Origin: Candidatus Latescibacterota bacterium
GTDB taxonomy: Bacteria > Latescibacterota > UBA2968 > GCA-2709665
Direction of reading: 5' to 3'
Assembly: GCA_965219995.1 (NCBI GenBank)
Contig: CBDCOX010000002.1
Location: 3,008,001 to 3,072,000, forward strand
DNA length: 64,000 bases
Part shown: positions 10,631-18,637 of the stretch, piece by piece
How the letters are laid out: each line of letters begins with the position of its first letter
Numbering within the stretch: position 1 is the first letter of the stretch
Program-made: the position numbers and the translations under genes
The notes under the pieces: model-generated
Databases searched by the model: none
What the model was told of the DNA's origin: nothing
What the model saw: only the letters and a program-made list of their open reading frames with translations

Positions 10631-11668
10631 TTATAGAATCAGCATCGCGTCGCCGTAGCTGTAAAACCGATATCGCTTCCGCACCGCTTCTTCGTAGGCC
10701 TGCAATATGAACCCCCGTTCCGCAAATGCTGAAACCAGCATGAGCAGGGTTGAACGGGGCAGATGAAAATTGGTGACCAGCGCATCAACAAGCTTGAACC
10801 GGTACGGAGGATGGACAAATAACCGGGTCCAGCCGGTTCCCGGATTCAGGGTCCAGCTATCGCGGGCACGCGACGCCGACCATTCGAGCGCGCGTACGGT
10901 CGTCGTGCCCACCGCCACAACGCGCCCTCCATTCCCCCGGCACGCGTTCACCTTCGCTGCGGTTTCCGAGCCGATCTCGAAGTACTCCGCGTCCATTTCG
11001 TGGCGCCGGGGATCTCGCACTTCCACGGGTTTGAACGTGCCGGGACCCACGTGAAGCAGCAGGGGAACGATTTCGATGCCGGACGACCGGATCCGGTCCA
11101 GGAGGTCGGTCGTAAAGTGCAGTCCCGCGGTAGGCGCCGCCACGGCTCCGGGGGTTCGCGCGTACACCGACTGATATCGTTCCCGGTCCGTCGGGTCCGC
11201 TTCCCGTCTGATATACGGCGGCAGCGGGATGCGCCCCAGGCTATCCAGAACCCTTTCCAGTGAGGGTTCGCCCTTGAACCGGACCATCCGTCGGCCGGAG
11301 GGCAGAACCTCCGTCACTTCCGCAACAAGGTCCGCGCCCTGAAAGGCCACTTCCGCGCCCTCCCGTAGACGACGGCCCGGACGCGCGAGAACTTCCCAGC
11401 AATCTCCGTTGCAACGAACCAGCAAAAGCTCCACGGCCCCGCCGGAGCCCGGTCGGTACCCGTTCAGGCGCGCCGGAAAAACCCGCGTTTCATTGACGAC
11501 CAGACAGTCTCCGGGACGCAGAAAGTCCGGAATCGACCTGAACACCGCATGGTCAATCCGCCCGGCACTCCGATCCAGCACCATCAAACGGGCGCCGTCC
11601 CGCTCCGAGGCCGGGTACTGGGCGATCAGTTCCTCAGGAAGCTCGTAATCGTAGTCGGCGAGGTTCAT
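10631..11668 (-). CDS. queA: SAM:tRNA ribosyltransferase-isomerase
   Basis: YELPEELIAQYP, PLPPYIRR, AAPTAGLHF, NFHLPRSTL, YRFYSYGDAMLI. Confidence 0.97.
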   Translation of the reverse strand: MNLADYDYELPEELIAQYPASERDGARLMVLDRSAGRIDHAVFRSIPDFLRPGDCLVVNETRVFPARLNGYRPGSGGAVELLLVRCNGDCWEVLARPGRRLREGAEVAFQGADLVAEVTEVLPSGRRMVRFKGEPSLERVLDSLGRIPLPPYIRREADPTDRERYQSVYARTPGAVAAPTAGLHFTTDLLDRIRSSGIEIVPLLLHVGPGTFKPVEVRDPRRHEMDAEYFEIGSETAAKVNACRGNGGRVVAVGTTTVRALEWSASRARDSWTLNPGTGWTRLFVHPPYRFKLVDALVTNFHLPRSTLLMLVSAFAERGFILQAYEEAVRKRYRFYSYGDAMLIL

Positions 11669-11683
11669 GCAACCCGATTGGAT

Positions 11684-11908
11684 TCAGCGGCGGGAAATGA
11701 GGTTCAGGACCACGGTCAGGACGATACTGACCGCAATACACGTCACGATGGGGAAATAGAAGCTGAACCCCTCCCGACGAACGACGATATCTCCCGGAAG
11801 CCGCCAGGGAAAGGTGATCCGGTTCCCGATCCACAGCAGGAAGCCGACCGCAAACACCAGAATCCCCAGAATCATCAGGATCCTGCCAAAGCCGGAAAAC
11901 TCGCTCAT
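11684..11908 (-). CDS. DUF2905 family small membrane protein
   Basis: RLPGDI...FYFPIVTCI motif; usual neighbour of queA. Confidence 0.85.
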   Translation of the reverse strand: MSEFSGFGRILMILGILVFAVGFLLWIGNRITFPWRLPGDIVVRREGFSFYFPIVTCIAVSIVLTVVLNLISRR

Positions 11909-12099
11909 GGCGACGACCCTTCAGAGAAGCCAAAACTTACAGAATTCTCTGCCCGGCGTCAACAGTCCCCTGGCAAAGTCGCTCTGCAGGCGATGCCGAA
12001 GACAAGGCGCGCGACCGACACACAATAAATAAAGACGTGAAACACGCCGCACCGCAGCGGTGGGCCGTTTCACGTCCGGCGTTCGGCTCGCGGCGATAT

Positions 12100-13134
12100 T
12101 CAAGGCGTGAAAACGACCTTCAACGCCTCCATATTTTCCGCTGCGGCAAATCCCTTTTCCCATTCTGAAAGCGGCAGCCGATGCGTAATGATGGGATCCA
12201 CGTCAATCTTTCCGTCGGCAATCATCCAGATGGTCTTGTCCCAGCTTGCATATTCCGTCGACATGTTGAAATAGAGCGTGACGACCTTGGTCATTGCCGC
12301 GTCCCAGTCCAGTTGCACGGGCCGCTTGCCGGTAAGGCCGATCGCGCAGATCCGGCCCCACTTGCACACAAGATCGACGGCCTGGGCGATGGCAGGCGGC
12401 GCGCCCGAGCACTCGATGACCAGATCGGCCCCTTTTCCATCGGTCAACGCCAGGCAACGCTCCACCGGGTCCGCCTCCGCGAAATTCACCACGTGGTCGA
12501 CGCCCAGCCTGCGCGCCGTGGCCAGGCGCAATTCCTCGTCTGCCGGCGCACCCACCATCATCACCTCCCTGGCGCCCGCGACCCGGGCGACCTGCGCGGC
12601 CAGCAATCCGATCGGCCCCGGACCCAGAACCACCACGAAATCGCCCACCTCAATCGCCTGCCGATCGATAATATCCGTAACCGTATTGGCCGCCGGTTCA
12701 ACCAGCGCGCCCTGCTCGAAACTCATGTGATCCGGTATGCGATGCAGCAGGTTCGTGGGATATTTCATATATTTCGTGAAAGCGCCGTCTATCCCCCACC
12801 CGGGGGATCTCTTCTCCAGGCAGTTCTGAATATGCCCTTTCCGGCAAAGGAAACACTTGCCGCAGTGCAGCGTATGCGGCTCTCCGACCACACGGTCTCC
12901 CGCTTTCCAATCCGTTACCGCCCGTCCGACTTCGACGATTTCACCTGAAAACTCATGACCCAGGACAACAGGCGGCCAATAAGGAAACGTGTCGTGTTTC
13001 ACGTGCACGTCCGTGCCGCAGATGCCCGCCGCCCTGATCTCGATCAGGACCTCCTCGTCCGTAATCTCGGGCTCCGGCACGTCGCGCAATTCCAGAAATC
13101 CGACGCCTCGTTCGGTCTTGACAACCGCATCCAT
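12100..13134 (-). CDS. Zinc-dependent alcohol/sugar-alcohol dehydrogenase (MDR family)
   Basis: GICGTDVH, LGHEFSG, CGKCFLC..C structural Zn site, GPGPIG. Confidence 0.9.
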   Translation of the reverse strand: MDAVVKTERGVGFLELRDVPEPEITDEEVLIEIRAAGICGTDVHVKHDTFPYWPPVVLGHEFSGEIVEVGRAVTDWKAGDRVVGEPHTLHCGKCFLCRKGHIQNCLEKRSPGWGIDGAFTKYMKYPTNLLHRIPDHMSFEQGALVEPAANTVTDIIDRQAIEVGDFVVVLGPGPIGLLAAQVARVAGAREVMMVGAPADEELRLATARRLGVDHVVNFAEADPVERCLALTDGKGADLVIECSGAPPAIAQAVDLVCKWGRICAIGLTGKRPVQLDWDAAMTKVVTLYFNMSTEYASWDKTIWMIADGKIDVDPIITHRLPLSEWEKGFAAAENMEALKVVFTP

Positions 13135-13290
13135 AATCCGCTCCTTTTCCAGGTTCAACTCCGCTCCGGACAGCGGTTTGAACGCAACCGTGGCACTGCG
13201 AAACGAATACCCAGGGACGGCGGGTTCTCACCTGAACCCTTCACATTGCAAAATCCCGCGAAAAGCACCCGTCCGTGACACGGATTCCCC

Positions 13291-13319
13291 TTGAATTTCG
13301 GGGTTCTATACTGTATAAT
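13291..13319 (+). promoter_or_regulatory. Sigma70-like promoter
   Basis: TTGAAT-N17-TATAAT; overlapped by palindrome TATAC-T-GTATA. Confidence 0.6.
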
Positions 13320-13330
13320 CCACAATCGAA

Positions 13331-13522
13331 TCAGCCGCAATCCAGACAACGAATCTCGTCAAAGATCCGATCCTGCTCATCCGGTTCGTCGATTGAAAAA
13401 TTCACGAGGCACCTTACGGCCTTGGAAGCGTCTTCCAGACGGTATCGGGCGGCGACCTCTTCCAGAAACGCCATCTGGTGTGTTTCCAGCAAGATTTCGA
13501 ACGTCTTCTTTTCCTTGAACAC
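13331..13522 (-). CDS. Small 63-aa hypothetical protein, possible ribbon-helix-helix fold, C-terminal CxxC
   Basis: GGAGG RBS 7 nt before GTG 13522; MFKEKKTFEILLETHQMAFLEEVAARY...SKAVRCLV...IRCLDCG. Confidence 0.7.
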   Translation of the reverse strand: MFKEKKTFEILLETHQMAFLEEVAARYRLEDASKAVRCLVNFSIDEPDEQDRIFDEIRCLDCG

Positions 13523-13742
13523 GCCAGGACCTCCATGCAGTTTCGGGCTCGCCTGCGGAGCGACTCTTCGACGGACTGTTGAGGACCGCAATATTCCCGC
13601 TTTTTCGACAATTCATGATAGGATTTCCGCAGCGCATTGTCAATGGAGATTCAACTTCCGGCGCCCGCTTTGTCAGGAACGGCCCGTACCCGACGCGACA
13701 ACTCGAAATCGAATCGACTGTTGATCGCCGCCTCCCGAATTC

Positions 13743-16601
13743 ATGTCTATCCTCAAATCCTTTATCGCGGTTGACCTCGAAACCACCGGGCTCGAACCAC
13801 CCGCTGCCGAAATCCTGGAAATCGGCGCGGTGCGGGTGGATAACGGTCTGATCGTCGATCGTTTCCAGACGTATGTCCAACCCATGGGCGTCATCCCGGA
13901 AGAAACGACGCGGCTCACGGGGATCACGGCGGCCACGGTCCGGGATGCGCAGCGGATCGACACCGCTTTCGAGAAATTCCGGAGTTTCGCCGCCGAACTG
14001 CCCCTCATTGCCCACCACGGACGCTTTGAGTCCCGTTTTCTAAACGCCCCGGACCGTATCCCCGTTGAGAATTCGGTACACAGCGTGCGCGATCTAGCCC
14101 GCGCCGCGGTGCCCACCCTCCACGATCACCGCGTTGAGACCCTCTCCGAAACCTTCTCGGTTCAGTGCGACACACCCTTTAAGGCACTTTCCGACGCGGA
14201 AACACTGGCGGGAATTTACCTCAATTTGATTGAACGGCTCCGATCCGTTTCTCTGGAACTCAAGCAACAGATGCTTCGATTGGTGCAGGGCTCGCAGTCG
14301 GGCCTGCTTCCCATCCTGGTCGAGTTGGCCGACGAAGGCGTGAAAAAGGAATTCCTGGCTCCCAAGCCGGGCGGGGGGCTGCCGGACGCCCCGTTGTTCA
14401 ACGCAGGCGGGGAGACGCCCAGGATTCATGGCGAGCCCTCCGACCATCCGCTTGACGTCAAGGCGGTCTGCGACATGCTCGAACCCGGCGGCTGCTTCGA
14501 GGAGGGGGTCCCCGGGTACGAATACCGTCCCCAGCAGGTCGAAATGGCAAAGGCCGTAACCGAAGCCATCAACAACGGGCGGCACCTGGCCGTGGAAGCC
14601 GGCACGGGCGTGGGCAAGTCGATCGCCTACCTCGCGCCGGCCATTCTGTATGCAATGAAAAACAGCGTAAGATTCATCGTGTCGACCAACACCAAGAACC
14701 TCCAGGAGCAGCTTTTCTATAAGGACCTGCCCGCGCTGGCGGCGATTCTGGACGTGCCCTTCCGTTATGCCCTGCTCAAGGGTCGCAACAATTACATTTG
14801 CCTGAACAGGTGGGCGTCCGTTCTGGACAATCCGGACGCCGCCCTCACGCCGAACGAACGCATCGGCGCGCTGCCGCTGGTGCTTTGGGCGGAAACCACC
14901 AAAACAGGGGACATCACCGAGAATACGGGTTTCAACCCGCAGCGGCTTGCAAGCCTGTGGACGAAAATCTGCTCCGACTCGGGCTTCTGCCGAAGCCAGC
15001 GTTGCCGCAACAACGGCCGGTGTTTTGCCAACAACATCCGCAGGACCTCCGCAAAAGCGCACCTGGTGGTGATCAACCATTCATTGCTCTTCTCCGATCT
15101 GGTCACCGAAAACGCCATCCTCGGCGAGTACTCCCACCTTGTCCTGGATGAAGCCCACAACCTGGAGAAGGTTGCCGCGCACTATCTGGGAACGGAGCTG
15201 AGTGTATGGCGGGTGAAGAACCTTACCGATCAGCTGTGCGGACCGGGTTCGTCGGATGCGGGGACTCTGCCTGCCCTGAAACACTGGATCGCCGCTGCGG
15301 ATCCGGAACCGGCAACGGTGAAAGCCTTTGACGCCGGCATCAAATCCGCGACGATTTCGGTTCAGGAACTCTGGCTCAGGGCGCGGACCTTTTTTGAGGA
15401 CCTCACCCAACACCTCCTTAAACAGGCCGGCGCGCCGGGAAGCGCGCACAGGGAGAAGATCCGCTATCGACCGGGGGAGTCCGCCTTCGAGGCCGTGGCC
15501 GAATCGCTGAACCCGTTTTCGCTCGCTCTGGGTGAGTTGTGCAGCCGCCTCAAGGACCTTTCGGACTGGCTTCGAGACCTGCCCGGGCACACCTTTATCA
15601 ACCCGGACGAGATCACTAACGAACTGGATGGGTGCATCGAGAACGCCCGGACCATTCTGGACGATCTGAACGACCTCGTTGCGGCAAACGATGAGAACGC
15701 CGTCTACTGGCTGGAATTGCCGGGGAAGGAAGGGAGCGCCGACACCCGCCTCTTTTCCGCTCCTCTGGATGTATCGGAGATGTTGAGCGGCGGGCTGTAC
15801 GAAGGCAAATCAACAATCGTCTTTACGTCCGCCACGCTGGGAATACGCGGCAAACTCACCTACTTCCTCCGGCGCATGGGCCTCGAAACCATGCCCGGAA
15901 CCCGCCTCCGGACCCTCTGTCTGGGCTCCCCGTTCGACTACGGGAGACAGGCTCTGGTGTGCACCCCGCGCTTTATGCCCTCGCCCAAATCGGCCGATTA
16001 TCAGCAGGCGGTGGACACGCTGCTGCACGAGCTTATGCTCAGGACGAAACGGGGCACGCTGGCCCTCTTCACCTCGTACAGGATGTTGAACCGCACCTAC
16101 GATACCATCAAGCCCGACCTGCACACCAACGGCGTACTCGTGCTGGGACAGGGTATTGACGGATCCCGCACGAATATCACCGACCGGTTCAAACTCGAAA
16201 AAACCGCCATGCTGCTGGGTACCGACAGTTTCTGGGAAGGTATCGACGTACCCGGCAACGCGCTTCAGGTTCTGGGCATCGTACGTCTGCCGTTCGCCGT
16301 GCCGTCCGAACCTCTTGTAGCCGCCCATATCGAGGAACTTGAAAAGCAGGGCAAGAACGCGTTCCTGAATTACTCCGTACCCGAAGCCATCCTGAAATTC
16401 CGGCAGGGTTTCGGTCGACTCATCCGCAACAGGACCGACCGGGGCGCGGTCGTCGTGCTGGACAGCCGGGTACTCAGCACCCGATACGGCCGGGCGTTTC
16501 TGGAAGCCCTTCCCGTGGGGCATCGTACTTTCGACACCAGGGAAGAGATGATCGGCGCCATCGCCGCCTGGTTTGACGAACCAAACGGAACAGACCATTG
16601 A
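13743..16601 (+). CDS. dinG: DinG family helicase with N-terminal DnaQ-like exonuclease domain
   Basis: VDLETTG; EAGTGVGKS; Cys cluster (NYICL, C..C..C..C); LDEAH; FWEGID; QGFGRLIR. Confidence 0.9.
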   Translation: MSILKSFIAVDLETTGLEPPAAEILEIGAVRVDNGLIVDRFQTYVQPMGVIPEETTRLTGITAATVRDAQRIDTAFEKFRSFAAELPLIAHHGRFESRFLNAPDRIPVENSVHSVRDLARAAVPTLHDHRVETLSETFSVQCDTPFKALSDAETLAGIYLNLIERLRSVSLELKQQMLRLVQGSQSGLLPILVELADEGVKKEFLAPKPGGGLPDAPLFNAGGETPRIHGEPSDHPLDVKAVCDMLEPGGCFEEGVPGYEYRPQQVEMAKAVTEAINNGRHLAVEAGTGVGKSIAYLAPAILYAMKNSVRFIVSTNTKNLQEQLFYKDLPALAAILDVPFRYALLKGRNNYICLNRWASVLDNPDAALTPNERIGALPLVLWAETTKTGDITENTGFNPQRLASLWTKICSDSGFCRSQRCRNNGRCFANNIRRTSAKAHLVVINHSLLFSDLVTENAILGEYSHLVLDEAHNLEKVAAHYLGTELSVWRVKNLTDQLCGPGSSDAGTLPALKHWIAAADPEPATVKAFDAGIKSATISVQELWLRARTFFEDLTQHLLKQAGAPGSAHREKIRYRPGESAFEAVAESLNPFSLALGELCSRLKDLSDWLRDLPGHTFINPDEITNELDGCIENARTILDDLNDLVAANDENAVYWLELPGKEGSADTRLFSAPLDVSEMLSGGLYEGKSTIVFTSATLGIRGKLTYFLRRMGLETMPGTRLRTLCLGSPFDYGRQALVCTPRFMPSPKSADYQQAVDTLLHELMLRTKRGTLALFTSYRMLNRTYDTIKPDLHTNGVLVLGQGIDGSRTNITDRFKLEKTAMLLGTDSFWEGIDVPGNALQVLGIVRLPFAVPSEPLVAAHIEELEKQGKNAFLNYSVPEAILKFRQGFGRLIRNRTDRGAVVVLDSRVLSTRYGRAFLEALPVGHRTFDTREEMIGAIAAWFDEPNGTDH

Positions 16602-18070
16602 ATCCACAGGGCGTGACATCCATCAAGGAGCCCCTGGAGAAGCTGCTCGCACAGGTGCCCCAGATTAACCACCCGCTGATCGGCCATGCGTATCACCTCG
16701 CAAACGCAAGCCACGAAGGACAGCACCGCGACGAGGGGCAGCCGTTTATCACCCATCCCATTGCCGTGGCGCTCATTCTGGCATCCGAACTCGGCTTCGC
16801 CAGAGACACGGACATGATTTCCGCCGCGCTGCTCCACGACGCAGCGGAAGACTCCGTGCTCACCCCGGACGAGGACATCCTGCCCACGTTCGGCGCGCGG
16901 GTCACCGAACTGGTAAAGGGCGTAACCAAAGTTGACGAACCCGGCACACGCAGCCGATCCGCGCGCCGTTCCGCTACGCTCCAGCGTCTCTTCACCGCCG
17001 CGCACCGCGATCCGCGAGTACTCATCCTGAAACTCGCGGACCGGGTACACAACATGCGCAGCATCACGGGGATCAAGGACACCAAACGACAGCATCGAAT
17101 CGCGCAGGAGACCATCGACGTCTACGCGCCGCTGTCCCGTCTGCTGGGCATGGACCGTATACGCAGGGAACTGGAAGACCGCAGCTTCGGCTGCCTGCAC
17201 CCCAGGGTCTACGACCAGCTTGTCCGGCTTACGCAAGGCGGCCCGCCGCAATCCTATCTCGACTTTCAGACCGAGATGCGCGATATTGTAACGAACAACG
17301 GTATCCGCACCCGCATCCGCCTTCAAATGAAGAGCCTGAGCAGCATCTACGGCAAGGCCATCGGCGCCCGAACGGACGAGTCGCCGCTTCCGGTAGACAA
17401 CGTCCATGACCGGTACGCCGTTATTGTGATCACATCCAGTCGTTACACCTGCTATCGAACGCTCGGAGTCATCCATCACAGGTTCAACCCCTTGATGGAC
17501 GGGATAAAGGACTTTATCGCCTTGCCGAAACGGAACGGCTACCAGGCGCTGCAGACAACCGTCATCCACAGAGGGCAGCGTTTTGAAGTGGCGATCCAGA
17601 CCCCTTCCATGTACAGAATGGGCGAACTGGGCGTCGCGACACTTCGCGGAGGGGAACTCCAGGAAGAGCGGCGGACCCGGTGGCTTCAGGAACTGGCCGA
17701 ATGGCACGAACACGGCGGTTCCGGCGTTCATTTCCTGGACGAAGTCAAACGTATGCTCTTTGTCCACGAAATGGCCGTTTTCACGCCGAACGGCGATCCG
17801 ATTATCCTGCCGGAGGGCGCCACCCTCGCGGATTTTGCGTTTGCCGTCCATACGGACCTGGGCCTTCACTGCATCGGCGGGCGCGTCAACGGCAAACCCG
17901 CGTCTCGCTTTTCGGTTTTGAACTGGGGCGATACGATTGAAATCGATACCACGCCCCACCAGCAGCTGAAACGCAGCTGGCTGCGATATGTGAAGACCTA
18001 CCGCGCACGCCGCCTGATCCGCCGTTACATCGCCCGTGCGGAGTCATCCGGCGAACAGATCATCGAGTAG
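16598..18070 (+). CDS. Short RelA/SpoT homologue (HD hydrolase, degenerate synthetase, TGS)
   Basis: HEGQHRDEGQPFITHP, LLHDAAED, KLADRVHNMR, FTPNGD..LPEGAT..DFAFAVHT; 490 aa, no ACT/RRM. Confidence 0.85.
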   Translation: MNPQGVTSIKEPLEKLLAQVPQINHPLIGHAYHLANASHEGQHRDEGQPFITHPIAVALILASELGFARDTDMISAALLHDAAEDSVLTPDEDILPTFGARVTELVKGVTKVDEPGTRSRSARRSATLQRLFTAAHRDPRVLILKLADRVHNMRSITGIKDTKRQHRIAQETIDVYAPLSRLLGMDRIRRELEDRSFGCLHPRVYDQLVRLTQGGPPQSYLDFQTEMRDIVTNNGIRTRIRLQMKSLSSIYGKAIGARTDESPLPVDNVHDRYAVIVITSSRYTCYRTLGVIHHRFNPLMDGIKDFIALPKRNGYQALQTTVIHRGQRFEVAIQTPSMYRMGELGVATLRGGELQEERRTRWLQELAEWHEHGGSGVHFLDEVKRMLFVHEMAVFTPNGDPIILPEGATLADFAFAVHTDLGLHCIGGRVNGKPASRFSVLNWGDTIEIDTTPHQQLKRSWLRYVKTYRARRLIRRYIARAESSGEQIIE

Positions 18071-18170
18071 CCGGAAATTCGCTTCCGTACGAATTGTACT
18101 CCGTCCGGCTCGCCGACTTCGTTCGAGCGTCCTTCTTTCATGTTGACCTGAATGCCCTGGGAGTCATGCC

Positions 18171-18512
18171 GTGAACTTCCGCCTCTTCCTCGTCGCTGCG
18201 CTGGTCGCCCTCACCGCCTGCGGCCGCGACGCCGAACGCCTGCAGACTGAGATCGCCGGGCAGAAAAAGAAAATCGTCGAGGCAAGGACCGTCTTTCAAC
18301 TCGAACAAAAGCGCATGGGCGAGTTACGTGACAGCCTCGAAATCAACATCCGGCGGAATGTCGAGCTGAAGTTGGACTCGACCACTGCCGCGTCGATCGA
18401 AAAGGAACGCCTGAAACTCCAGGGGACGATTGTCGAAGCGGCGAAACGCAACCTGCGCAGTCAGCAGGAATTCCTGGCCCTCCTGAAGAAACATCTCCAG
18501 GACCACCGATAA
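18171..18512 (+). CDS. Putative lipoprotein, coiled coil
   Basis: Signal peptide with lipobox LTAC followed by a charged helical region. Confidence 0.7.
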   Translation: MNFRLFLVAALVALTACGRDAERLQTEIAGQKKKIVEARTVFQLEQKRMGELRDSLEINIRRNVELKLDSTTAASIEKERLKLQGTIVEAAKRNLRSQQEFLALLKKHLQDHR

Positions 18513-18637
18513 TCCCGTCAGTCCGCGCGACGGTTGTTCCCTATATCGTCGCGCACGCCGCAACGGCGCAATCTGCTTTTGCGTAGCCGCCGTCCTTCAC
18601 TCCACGGTGTGGAATCGATCTTCGTTCGAGGTCCAAT

